DNA of 20,000 nt from IMG/VR virus record IMGVR_UViG_3300042568_000085; one strand, written 5' to 3'. Positions within the stretch are counted from its first letter, which is position 1; every line of letters begins with the position of its first letter. A model generated the notes under the pieces. That model was given only the letters and a program-made list of their open reading frames with translations, had not been told where the DNA came from and made no database searches. Origin of the DNA: an uncultured virus (IMG/VR IMGVR_UViG_3300042568_000085) (taxonomy: Duplodnaviria; Heunggongvirae; Uroviricota; Caudoviricetes). This document shows positions 1 to 8,700 of this stretch, piece by piece. The translations under genes and the position numbers were made by a program.

Positions 1-98
1 TGATGCTGGAAAAATATCTTGGTTCTGCAATCAACGTGCGTGTCGGTAAGACTGTTTGGACTACCGGCAAAGGCTTACGAAGGATAGGTACAGCATGA
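1..98 (+). CDS. 3' end of upstream virion-module gene (partial)
   Basis: Open frame ...MLEKYLGSAINVRVGKTVWTTGKGLRRIGTA* ends TGA 96-98, overlapping the next ATG (ATGA coupling). Confidence 0.55.
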   Translation, partial: MLEKYLGSAINVRVGKTVWTTGKGLRRIGTA

Positions 99-1624
99 AG
101 ACGCCCATCCTCGGTTCATCCTACGTCACCCGCAGCGTCAACGCTGCGGATGCCCGCATGGTCAACCTGTTCCCCGAAGTCATCCCCGAGGGTGGACTAG
201 AGCCTGCGTTTTTAAACCGCGCACCAGGTTTGCGCCGACTGGCAACAATCGGCACTGGTCCAATTCGTGGTCTGTGGGATTTTGCGCCGGACAGCAACAC
301 CGCTTTTGTCGTGTCGGGCACTCAGTTGTTCAAGATCAACCGCAGCTACACGGCTACACTGCTGGGTACTGTGGTAGGCACTGGCCCTGTCAGCATTGCC
401 GATAACGGCACTCAGTTGTTTATCGCAGCCAACGGGCCAAGCTACATCTACAACAACACAACAAACGTGTTCCAGCAGATCACTGACCCAGACTTTCCTG
501 GTGCGGTAAGCGTGGGTTATCTGGATGGCTACTTCGTGTTCAACGAGCCAAACAGTCAAAAAATTTGGGTTACCAGTCTGCTGGACGGTCTGTCCGTGGA
601 CCCGCTGGATTTTGCAAGCGCCGAAGGTGCTCCCGATGAAGTCACTGGTTTGATTGTTGACCACCGTGAGGTCTGGGTGCTGGGCACCAACTCGGTCGAG
701 GTTTGGTACAACGCAGGCACCCCAGACTTTCCATTACAGCGCATCCAAGGCGCTTTTAACGAGATTGGCTGCATATCCCCTTACTCGCTTGCCAAACTCG
801 ATAACGGCGTGTTCTGGCTGGGTTCTGACGCCCGTGGCAAGGGCATCGTCTACCGGGCCAACGGCTACACGGGCACCCGCATCTCAACGCACGCTGTTGA
901 GTGGCACATCCAACAATACAGCGACATCACCGACGCTTTTGGGTACACGTACCAACAAGACGGCCATAGTTTTTATGTGCTGATCTTTCCATCGGCCAAC
1001 ACCACATGGGTGTATGACGTGGCGACGCAGGCGTGGCACGAGAGAGCCGGGTTTAACAACGGTGACTTTACACGGCACCGCAGCAACTGCCAGATGGCGT
1101 TTAACAACGAGATCATTGTTGGCGACTTTCAAAACGGCAACATCTACGCATTCGACCTTGAAGACTATTCGGACAACGGGCAGATTCAAAAGTGGCTGCG
1201 CACATGGCGAGCGCTGCCTACGGGTCAAAACAACTTTAAACGAACTGCGCAACACAGCCTTCAGCTTAACTGCGAGGCTGGCGTTGGGTTGAATGGAATT
1301 GCTTATCCTGTTCGCAATAACTCGGCAATTGCTAACATCGCAATTGCCAGTATTGCAGTTGCCGGAACCAATTCTCTCCAACCATCGGATGCAGCAATTA
1401 CCCCCCAAGTCATGTTGCGATGGAGTGATGACGGTGGGCACACATGGTCTAACGAACACTGGGCACCCATTGGCCGAATCGGCACTTATGGGCAACGCAC
1501 GTTCTGGAGGCGTTTGGGCATGACGCTCAAGCTGCGTGACCGGGTTTACGAGTTGTCGGGTACTGACCCCGTGAAGATTGCCATCACTGGCGCTGAACTT
1601 ATCCTTAGCCCGACCACAGCGTAA
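95..1624 (+). CDS. Phage packaged-DNA stabilization / tail hub protein (P22 gp10-like)
   Basis: ATG at 95 in an ATGA overlap; motifs RMVNLFPE, YLDGYFVF, DFASAEGAPD, TWVYDVATQAWHER, PQVMLRWSDDGGHTWS and WRRLG are typical of the gp10 family. Confidence 0.88.
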   Translation: MKTPILGSSYVTRSVNAADARMVNLFPEVIPEGGLEPAFLNRAPGLRRLATIGTGPIRGLWDFAPDSNTAFVVSGTQLFKINRSYTATLLGTVVGTGPVSIADNGTQLFIAANGPSYIYNNTTNVFQQITDPDFPGAVSVGYLDGYFVFNEPNSQKIWVTSLLDGLSVDPLDFASAEGAPDEVTGLIVDHREVWVLGTNSVEVWYNAGTPDFPLQRIQGAFNEIGCISPYSLAKLDNGVFWLGSDARGKGIVYRANGYTGTRISTHAVEWHIQQYSDITDAFGYTYQQDGHSFYVLIFPSANTTWVYDVATQAWHERAGFNNGDFTRHRSNCQMAFNNEIIVGDFQNGNIYAFDLEDYSDNGQIQKWLRTWRALPTGQNNFKRTAQHSLQLNCEAGVGLNGIAYPVRNNSAIANIAIASIAVAGTNSLQPSDAAITPQVMLRWSDDGGHTWSNEHWAPIGRIGTYGQRTFWRRLGMTLKLRDRVYELSGTDPVKIAITGAELILSPTTA

Positions 1625-2736
1625 TGGCAACTTCTCAACTTACCAACATCACGCCTCCTCGGGTTCCTTTGCTGGACCCGAAGACCGGACTCATCTCGCG
1701 TGAGTGGTATAGGTTTTTCCTGAACCTGTTTGTGTTGACCGGCAGCGGCCAGAACACGGCATCGCTGACCGACTTGCAGTTGGGTCCACCGATGCCCACT
1801 CAGGAAGACTTTGGCGAGGTTGTCATCGACATTGAGTCGGCTCAAAAGCAGCCGACTCAGGAGAGTGCGCTTGACCAGATTGCCGAGTTGCAAAAGCAAA
1901 TTGACGGGTTGCAAACGCTACCCCGTGACGAACTGGGTACGATGGCCGCGCTCCAGCAGGACAACGTGCCGTGGCTGCAATTTGACACCACGCCTGACGG
2001 GTTTCCGACTGGCCCGCTTGCCAACGGCACGGTGTACTGGGACGATGCCGATGCGATCAAGACGCTCAACATCGTCATGGAGGACAGCGGCGAGGTCATC
2101 CAACACGTTGGTGAAGAAACTTATTACCGGGTCAAGGCCAGCGCCACTATCACCAAGGGTCAAGTCGTCATGTTTACGGGCACCGTGGGTGCCTCTGGTG
2201 GGCTGCGTGGCGCACCGGCCACTGGGTTGACCTCAACGCAGAGCGAATACATTATGGGTGTTGCCACCCAGAACATCGCCAACAATGGATGGGGTTACGT
2301 CACATGGTTTGGTGAGGTTAAAAAAGTCAACACCACTGGCGGCGCAGAGGCTTGGGTTGACGGGCAGATTTTGTATTACAACCCCGCTGTTGCAGGTGGT
2401 CTGACCAAAAACGTCCCTACGGCCCCCAACCCCAAAGTCATCGTGGCATCGGTGGTCCATGCGGCCAGCAACGGCATCTTGTTTGTGCGACCCACATTCG
2501 GCTCGGCTTTGGGTGCAACCGACTCCAACGTCGAGATTACCGGGCTTGCCAATGGTGATTTGCTCCAGTACGACTCGGTGCAGGCCCGCTGGGAAAACGT
2601 GCCTGCATCGTCTGCGCTTTCAGGTGCAGGGGGTGTTTCTGGTTCTGTCACATTGGCAAAGATCACGGTTTTGGGCGCAGACGGGTCGTTGACGTTCACC
2701 GATGGTTTAATTACGGCGTTTACCGCGCCAACATAA
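1624..2736 (+). CDS. Tail needle / short tail fibre-like structural protein (occupies the P22 gp26 position)
   Basis: Directly follows gp10. N-terminal PRVPLLD..GLISREWYRFF, short coiled coil (LDQIAELQKQIDGL), beta-rich G/T/A middle, fibre-like segment ITGLANGDLLQYDS..RWEN. Confidence 0.55.
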   Translation: MATSQLTNITPPRVPLLDPKTGLISREWYRFFLNLFVLTGSGQNTASLTDLQLGPPMPTQEDFGEVVIDIESAQKQPTQESALDQIAELQKQIDGLQTLPRDELGTMAALQQDNVPWLQFDTTPDGFPTGPLANGTVYWDDADAIKTLNIVMEDSGEVIQHVGEETYYRVKASATITKGQVVMFTGTVGASGGLRGAPATGLTSTQSEYIMGVATQNIANNGWGYVTWFGEVKKVNTTGGAEAWVDGQILYYNPAVAGGLTKNVPTAPNPKVIVASVVHAASNGILFVRPTFGSALGATDSNVEITGLANGDLLQYDSVQARWENVPASSALSGAGGVSGSVTLAKITVLGADGSLTFTDGLITAFTAPT

Positions 2737-2748
2737 GGAGAAACCCTA

Positions 2749-3084
2749 ATGACAGTCACCGTCAAAAACCTTGTGCCATCAAAAGATGTCGCAAACAGCC
2801 AAACAACCCAGTACACCGCAACTGGCGTAACCACGATCATTGACAAGTTCACCGCGACCAATTACAGCGCCAGTGCTGCCACGATCTCGGTCAACTTGGT
2901 TACGCTTGCTGGCTCTCCTGGCAACAGCAACCTGATCACCAAGACCAAGACGCTTCAGCCGTCTGAGGTCTACACGTTCCCCGAGTTGGTCGGACAGGTT
3001 TTGAATCCTGGCAGCTTCATCAGTACAATCGCTGGAACCGCCAGCGCCATCAACATGCGCGTCAGCGGGCGTGAGGTGACCTGA
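2749..3084 (+). CDS. Hypothetical virion-associated beta-rich protein, 111 aa
   Basis: Strong SD AAGGAG at 2735-2740; T/S/V-rich ORF within the structural operon. Confidence 0.6.
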   Translation: MTVTVKNLVPSKDVANSQTTQYTATGVTTIIDKFTATNYSASAATISVNLVTLAGSPGNSNLITKTKTLQPSEVYTFPELVGQVLNPGSFISTIAGTASAINMRVSGREVT

Positions 3085-3623
3085 TGCGAGTAACTTACGG
3101 TAAAGGTTTTGAAGTCGCAGTAAACGCACCATCAAAGGTGTGGTTCCGCGAAACGGTTCTGGCTGCGCAAGCAGAAATGCAGTCCATGATTGACAGCGGC
3201 GCTGTTGAGTCTTTGGCGCAAGAATGCACTCTCAAACATTATTTTGCACCCAAAAGCGAAAAGTACGGGTGCAGCACCTACGCCCGTGAGATATTTTTAC
3301 CCAAAGGTTCATTTGTCGTTGGCAAAATTCACCGTCATCAACACTTGAACATCATTTCCAAGGGAAAAGTTAAAGTCTTTACTGAGTTTGGTGAAAAATA
3401 CTTTGTAGCGCCTTGCACGTTTATTTCTGAAGTAGGCTTAAAGCGGGCAGTTTACGCAGAAGAAGATACGATATGGACCACGGTTCACCTCACAGAGTTT
3501 GAGAACGAGTCGGACTTAAGTAAAATTGAGGAAGAGGTAATTTCGCCGTCTTATGATGAGATGGGGTTGATTTCTTCCACGGCAGAATTGTCTAAGTTAC
3601 AGGCACAAGGGGTATCACCATGA
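3084..3623 (+). CDS. RmlC-like cupin domain protein
   Basis: HYFAP..YAREIFLPKGSFVVGKIHRHQHLNIISKGKV...APCTFISEVGLKRAVYAEEDTIWTTVH; His cluster and cupin beta-strand pattern. Confidence 0.65.
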   Translation: MRVTYGKGFEVAVNAPSKVWFRETVLAAQAEMQSMIDSGAVESLAQECTLKHYFAPKSEKYGCSTYAREIFLPKGSFVVGKIHRHQHLNIISKGKVKVFTEFGEKYFVAPCTFISEVGLKRAVYAEEDTIWTTVHLTEFENESDLSKIEEEVISPSYDEMGLISSTAELSKLQAQGVSP

Positions 3624-4339
3624 CATACGTAGCAACCGCAATTGGAGGCAGTGCTTTATTGGGCGCTTACTCAGCCAACAAGGCAGCTAAAGCTCAAGCC
3701 GGTGCTGCCGACCGTGCTGCCGATTTGCAGCGTGAGCAGTTTGAGCGCAACGTTGAGTTGAACGCTCCGTTTCGTGAAGCTGGTATCACTGCGCTAAACA
3801 AACTGGTTCCGTTGGCGTCCGAGTACACACCCTTTGGGATGCAGCAGTTCCAAGCTGACCCTGGCTATGCGTTTCGCATGTCCGAAGGCATGAAAGGTTT
3901 GGAACGATCCGCTGCTGCCCGGGGTGGTTTGCTTTCGGGTGGTACGCTTAAAGGAATTCAACGATTTGGTCAAGACCTTGGTTCACAGGAGTACCAAAAC
4001 GCATTCAACCGTTACCAGACCGAGCGTAACGCCCGTTTAAACCCATTACAGTCTTTGGCTGGTGTTGGTCAAACTACTTCTGCGCAATTAGGTGCAGCGG
4101 GGCAAACAATGGCTGGCAATGTAGGCCAAGCAATGGGTGCAGCAGCCCAAGCCCGAGCATCTGGCTACATGGGCGGTGCCAGCGCGTTGACTCAAGGCTT
4201 GGGTTCGTACATGAATTACAACCAGCAGCAAAATCAGAACGCATTGTTGGGCCAGCTTATTGGCAACCGTGGCTTACCATCGTCTGGGATTGGGGCCAAT
4301 ACTTACAGCGGTCAAGGTCCAACTGGATATGCACCATAA
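3620..4339 (+). CDS. DNA ejection/transfer protein (P22 gp7-like)
   Basis: Hydrophobic Ala/Gly N-terminus, Ala/Gln/Gly-rich, motif DPGYAFRMSEG..GLERSAAARGGLLSGGTLK; gene order. Confidence 0.75.
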   Translation: MTYVATAIGGSALLGAYSANKAAKAQAGAADRAADLQREQFERNVELNAPFREAGITALNKLVPLASEYTPFGMQQFQADPGYAFRMSEGMKGLERSAAARGGLLSGGTLKGIQRFGQDLGSQEYQNAFNRYQTERNARLNPLQSLAGVGQTTSAQLGAAGQTMAGNVGQAMGAAAQARASGYMGGASALTQGLGSYMNYNQQQNQNALLGQLIGNRGLPSSGIGANTYSGQGPTGYAP

Positions 4340-4348
4340 GGATTAAAC

Positions 4349-5911
4349 ATGGCACTCGTTAACCCCAACATCGCAATGTCATTTCGTATGCCCGAGTTCC
4401 AGCCTCGGAATGCGTTGGCAGAGTACGCTCAGATTCAGCAAATCCAGGGCGGTCAGCAAGCACAAGAACTGGCTCGGTTTCAGCTTGGTGCTGCGCAACG
4501 TGCCGAGGGTGTGCAAAACGCATTGACAGAAGCATATGCGTCTTCTATTGACCCCACTGGGAACATTGACTACAACAAGTTGATTGGTTCACTTTCAAAA
4601 GGTGGCGGCGCATCACAAATACCTGCCATCATCAAAACCAGAGCCGAAACAACTGCTGCTCAATTGGCGCAAAAAAAGACACAAGGTGAGATTGATAAAA
4701 ATCAATTTGACTTGCAAGACAAAAAGTTGAAGTTTGCATGGAACGCTGTGGGGTCTGCCACAACTCCAGAAGCAGCAATTGCTGAATTAACCAAAGGCGT
4801 CAAAGAAGGCATCTTTGACATGCGTTCGGCTACGGAAGAAATTCAACGAGTTCAAAATTTAAACCCAGATCAATATCGACAATATCGAGTTGAAAAAATT
4901 ATGGGCATCTTGGACGCCAAAGACAAGCTGCCAATGATGCTGCCCAAGACTGTACGCCAAGAAGCAGGCGGTCAGATTTTGAGTATTCAAGACAACCCAA
5001 TGATGCCGGGTTACGGTCAGCCTATTGCTGGTGCGGCCATTACTAAGACACCGACTATTGGTGAACTCACCGCGCAAAAGCAGTTGGGTGTGTCGCAAGG
5101 TCAACTTAATTTGGCGCAGCAAAAATTTGCGTTTGAGAAGGCCAATCCTGGCTTTGAATTGAAAGAAGCTGAAGACGGTTCAATTGTTGGCGTCAACAAG
5201 CGCACCTTGCAGGCTTTCCCTGTTTCAATTGGTGGCGCTACGCCTGCGGCTGCTCCAGCGGCCCCTGGTGCGGGTATGCCTGGGCCACGTATGCCATCGC
5301 CAGCAACACAAGCCATCCCCGGCATGACCAGTGTGTTGGATCAGCCAGCGGCTGTTGCTTCTGCGGCTGGTACACCATTGCGTGGCAAAGGCACTGCGCT
5401 GACAGAATCTCAAGGCAACGCTACGGCTTACGGCCTGAGAATGAGAGAGGCCAATGCAATTTTGGAGCCATTGGAAAACGCCGGAAAAACAAATACCGGC
5501 TTGATCAAGAATGTTGTTGGCGGGGTTGTTGGGCTTACACCACTTCTTGGTGAAAAACTTGAAGATGCGTCTGGTTCCGTCTTTAACGCATTGCCTCGGA
5601 TTTTGGGTGGTCTTAGCCCAGAGCAACAACAAGTGGCTCAAGCAAGGATCAACTTTATTACGGCCATTTTGCGAAAAGAATCTGGCGCTGCAATTGGTGC
5701 AAATGAATTTGCAACTGCCGAGAAAAATTACTTTCCTAAGCCTGGTGATGACGCTGCCACGATTGCGCAAAAGCAACAAGCGCGTAGAACTGCCATCAAG
5801 GCAATGGAAATTCAAGCTGGACCGGGTGCAAGGCAAATGGGCGGTGCTGTCGGTACAAGTGGCATACCCGGTGCAAGTGCAAACAATCCGTTGGGCTTAC
5901 CAGGACTTTAA
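4349..5911 (+). CDS. DNA ejection protein (P22 gp20 position)
   Basis: SD AAGGA; Gln/Ala-rich helical protein with C-terminal FITAILRKESGAAIG..EF...EKNYFPKPGD motif; follows the gp7-like gene. Confidence 0.6.
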   Translation: MALVNPNIAMSFRMPEFQPRNALAEYAQIQQIQGGQQAQELARFQLGAAQRAEGVQNALTEAYASSIDPTGNIDYNKLIGSLSKGGGASQIPAIIKTRAETTAAQLAQKKTQGEIDKNQFDLQDKKLKFAWNAVGSATTPEAAIAELTKGVKEGIFDMRSATEEIQRVQNLNPDQYRQYRVEKIMGILDAKDKLPMMLPKTVRQEAGGQILSIQDNPMMPGYGQPIAGAAITKTPTIGELTAQKQLGVSQGQLNLAQQKFAFEKANPGFELKEAEDGSIVGVNKRTLQAFPVSIGGATPAAAPAAPGAGMPGPRMPSPATQAIPGMTSVLDQPAAVASAAGTPLRGKGTALTESQGNATAYGLRMREANAILEPLENAGKTNTGLIKNVVGGVVGLTPLLGEKLEDASGSVFNALPRILGGLSPEQQQVAQARINFITAILRKESGAAIGANEFATAEKNYFPKPGDDAATIAQKQQARRTAIKAMEIQAGPGARQMGGAVGTSGIPGASANNPLGLPGL

Positions 5912-5913
5912 TT

Positions 5914-7785
5914 ATGGCAACACTCGCCGAATTTCGCGCAGCGTATCCGCAGTACGATGCCGTGCCAGATGTAAAACTGGCCGACTCGCTGCACCAGAAG
6001 TTTTACAGCCAGATTCCCAAGATGGACTTTTACAAGACCATTGGGCTAGGCGCGGCTGCGGCAATTCCTGGCGCTGAAAATGTGGTGACTGGTGTTAAGC
6101 CACCAGAAGTGTCAATGCGTGATCGTGTTGCCGGCATCATTGAAACACCGCTAGCACTGGGTGCCACCTTGGCCGGCGGTTTGATTTCTCCAATTGCGGG
6201 TGGCATCTCACTTGCTGCCAGCGGCAAAGGCATCAACACGCCAGAAGGCCGCAAGGCTATGGAAGCTGGCATGAAGGCTGTTCAGTATCAGCCCCGCACA
6301 CAGACTGCACAACAGGCTTTGGGTGCATTTGGTGAGTTTTTGCAGCCTCTGACGGCGGCATTGCCTCCGACACTTGGCAGTGTTGGCACCACCCTCAATG
6401 CTTTGGCTGTCCCTGCTTTTCAGCAAACCACTGCGGCTGCTCGGCCAATGGTTGCTCAAGTTGTGCCACCCGTGCAGAACGCTTTGGCGCGAGTATTGCC
6501 AACGCCACAGCAACCGCAAATGCAAGGCATGGGTGCTGCGACTACCGCAGAAGATCTGATGCGCCAAGAGCGTTTGCAACGCTTTAATATTCGTGCTAAA
6601 GCCGGTGAGCGTGAAAAGAATTTGCAAAAACAACAGTTTGAATCTGAAGTTGAACGTGGCGTCATTGCCGGCATTCCTGAAGACGTAAAAATTGAATTAT
6701 CTGAAAAGGCCAGAGCATTTGAAGCTGGTAAAAAGCAAGACATTATTCGCAACTTTGAGCGCATGACTAACGAAGTCGGCGCAGAAGTTGCCGACCCAAC
6801 GCAAATGAGGGCTGTGGGCCGAATCGTAGACAAGGCGTTGAACGACGAGTACACCAAGAAATTTGATGCGTACAAGCAGTTATATGCCCGAGCCGACAAC
6901 GCTGGCGAGACATTGCAGCAAGTGCCGTATCAAAGTTTGCTGGATTACATTAACACCAAGACGCCAACACAGCGCCAAAAGCTAGACCCAATCTTGGATT
7001 CTGTGGCTGAGTCATTGAGAATGAATGACCCACAAAATACTGGCGCAATTTCTGTGCGTGCTCTTGAAGACATCTACCAGCAAATTGGCACAGTCAAAGA
7101 TTCGGCAAACGCCAAGCCTATGAAAAACATCATTACCCAGATGGGTGAGGGTGCTGGCGGTGAGTTGTATCAAGCGGCACGCAAAGCCAGAGAGCAATTG
7201 GCAAAGCAGTTTGAAGACGTGTCCAGAGTGGACAAGTTGTTGAGCACCAAGTCTGGTTATGCTGACCGCAGGGTGGCGCTTGACGATGTGTTCAAGCATA
7301 TTGTGTTGGACGGCTCTTTGGAAGAAATGCGCACGGTCACCACCTTGCTGAAAAAAGGTGGACCAGCCGGCCAACAAGCCTACAAAGAATTGCAAGGCCA
7401 AACCATTCAACAGATGAAAGAGATGCTCACCAAAGGTGATCAGATGTCTTTCAGAAACCTCAACACGTTCATCAACCAACTGGACAACGAAGACAAGTTG
7501 GTTTACATGTATGGCAAATCTGGCCGTGATCAAATCATGGATCTGAGAGATGCCATCAAAGATGTGGTGGTCAAAGAGCCTGGCGCTGTCAATTACAGCA
7601 ACACTTCTGGCGCTGTCTTGCGTGGCCTTGAGGCTTTGCAGAAATTGCCCGTGCGCCTACCTGGCGTGCAAACAGCCGCTGAAGTTGCGCGTACACGCCA
7701 AGTGAAGAAGCAGTTTGAGAAATCACTGCAACAGCCAAACCAGTTGGCTCCTAAGAGTTCCAACAAAAACGCATTGGTGAAGTAA
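5914..7785 (+). CDS. Large DNA ejection protein (P22 gp16 position)
   Basis: 623-aa helical protein; N-terminal LAEFRAAYPQY..D..LADSLHQKFY motif; Gly/Ala-rich hydrophobic stretch at about aa 75-105; synteny. Confidence 0.55.
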   Translation: MATLAEFRAAYPQYDAVPDVKLADSLHQKFYSQIPKMDFYKTIGLGAAAAIPGAENVVTGVKPPEVSMRDRVAGIIETPLALGATLAGGLISPIAGGISLAASGKGINTPEGRKAMEAGMKAVQYQPRTQTAQQALGAFGEFLQPLTAALPPTLGSVGTTLNALAVPAFQQTTAAARPMVAQVVPPVQNALARVLPTPQQPQMQGMGAATTAEDLMRQERLQRFNIRAKAGEREKNLQKQQFESEVERGVIAGIPEDVKIELSEKARAFEAGKKQDIIRNFERMTNEVGAEVADPTQMRAVGRIVDKALNDEYTKKFDAYKQLYARADNAGETLQQVPYQSLLDYINTKTPTQRQKLDPILDSVAESLRMNDPQNTGAISVRALEDIYQQIGTVKDSANAKPMKNIITQMGEGAGGELYQAARKAREQLAKQFEDVSRVDKLLSTKSGYADRRVALDDVFKHIVLDGSLEEMRTVTTLLKKGGPAGQQAYKELQGQTIQQMKEMLTKGDQMSFRNLNTFINQLDNEDKLVYMYGKSGRDQIMDLRDAIKDVVVKEPGAVNYSNTSGAVLRGLEALQKLPVRLPGVQTAAEVARTRQVKKQFEKSLQQPNQLAPKSSNKNALVK

Positions 7786-7992
7786 ATGAGTGAGCAAATT
7801 AGCGCGACGGACGCACGATTGACCACGCACGAGCAAGTGTGCGCGCATCGTTACGAAGGCATTCAAAAAAGTTTTGAGTCAGGCTCCAAGCGCATGGCTA
7901 AAATCGAGTATCTGCTCTACGCAGTAATCGCTGCGGTCTTGCTTGGCCCTGGCGTTGCGGCTGAGATGGTTAAAAAGATCTTCGGACTCTAA
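7786..7992 (+). CDS. Small membrane protein of lysis cassette A (coiled coil plus C-terminal TM)
   Basis: LTTHEQVCAHRYEGI followed by hydrophobic YLLYAVIAAVLLGPGVAA; abuts the upstream stop. Confidence 0.7.
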   Translation: MSEQISATDARLTTHEQVCAHRYEGIQKSFESGSKRMAKIEYLLYAVIAAVLLGPGVAAEMVKKIFGL

Positions 7993-7994
7993 CC

Positions 7995-8093
7995 ATGAAA
8001 GACTGGGCCGTCAGTTTCATTGCTGCGGTCCTTCTTGTCGGGCTTGTTGTCTGGTGCGTTAAGGTTCTTGTTGAGGTTTTGTATGGCGGATGA
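7995..8093 (+). CDS. 32-aa single-TM peptide (not in the ORF track)
   Basis: Translated by hand: MKDWAVSFIAAVLLVGLVVWCVKVLVEVLYGG*; ATG 2 nt after the previous stop; fills the gap and overlaps the next start. Confidence 0.65.
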   Translation: MKDWAVSFIAAVLLVGLVVWCVKVLVEVLYGG

Positions 8094-8700
8094 GAAGCTG
8101 GGTTCCAGCACGATGCTCGACAAAGTGCTCGGGTATGTAGACTCCCCGTTTAAACTTTTTGCCATCCTTATCATGGGTCTGGTTACGTTTACCGGGTATT
8201 TTGTTTGGCAAAATCAAACGGTATTGATCGGCGCGTATCAGGAGAACAAGAAGATGCCAACAATCCATGAGGAGCGCGTGGATGATGCGGCAAGCCTGCT
8301 GTTTAAACAAACGGATGCCAAGTTTGTTGCCATCTTCAAAGTTAACCCAATTTTTGGGACTCGCGTCCTGTACCGCCTGTACACCAAGGATGGGCGCAGC
8401 AAAGACATGGAAGGTTTGGATGTCGGACTTTTTACGACAAACGTGTCAAACAACAATGATGTTGTAAAGCTGATGGCGGGAGAGATACCTTGCAGTCCGT
8501 ATTTACGAGCGCAGTCACAGTTGGGTATTTGGTATATTGCACAGGGTGTTTCTTACACCTGCCGAATCAGCGTGCCACCCGACCGAAGCAGGTTTATTGG
8601 GCAAATAACGGTTGGATGGGTAGCGCAGCCCGAGAACATGGAGAACATACACTCCATGCTGGATATTGCAGCAAACATGCTTATTAAAAGGGGTAACTGA
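8083..8700 (+). CDS. Single-TM protein with periplasmic GAF-like domain; putative T4 T-like holin (copy A)
   Basis: ATG 8083 with SD GAGG; one TM (FKLFAILIMGLVTFTGYFVW); soluble domain of about 160 aa with 2 Cys; ends RFIGQITVGW...MLDIAANMLIKRGN; paralog of 19028-19636. Confidence 0.6.
   Translation: MADEKLGSSTMLDKVLGYVDSPFKLFAILIMGLVTFTGYFVWQNQTVLIGAYQENKKMPTIHEERVDDAASLLFKQTDAKFVAIFKVNPIFGTRVLYRLYTKDGRSKDMEGLDVGLFTTNVSNNNDVVKLMAGEIPCSPYLRAQSQLGIWYIAQGVSYTCRISVPPDRSRFIGQITVGWVAQPENMENIHSMLDIAANMLIKRGN

Noticed and set aside
56..94. ORF-track start at 56 for the gp10-like gene
   Set aside because: ATG at 95 overlaps the upstream stop (ATGA) and gives a family-like N-terminus
2736..2747. AGGAGAAACCCT resembling the dyad promoter motif
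   Set aside because: It coincides with the SD of the 2749 gene and has no -10 box at the 36-nt spacing on either strand
121..7826. Numerous antisense and alternative-frame ORFs (e.g. 884-1630, 5225-5836, 5511-6077, 7012-7533)
   Set aside because: They shadow well-supported genes and show no recognisable motifs or RBS
8020..8082. N-terminal extension of the T-like protein (also 19637-19705 in copy B), possible dual-start antiholin
   Set aside because: The extensions are not shared between paralogs and overlap real upstream genes; SD and ATGA evidence support starts at 8083 and 19636
7995..8093. 32-aa peptide as a lipoprotein (o-spanin)
   Set aside because: VVWC does not fit the lipobox consensus and only 11 residues follow the Cys
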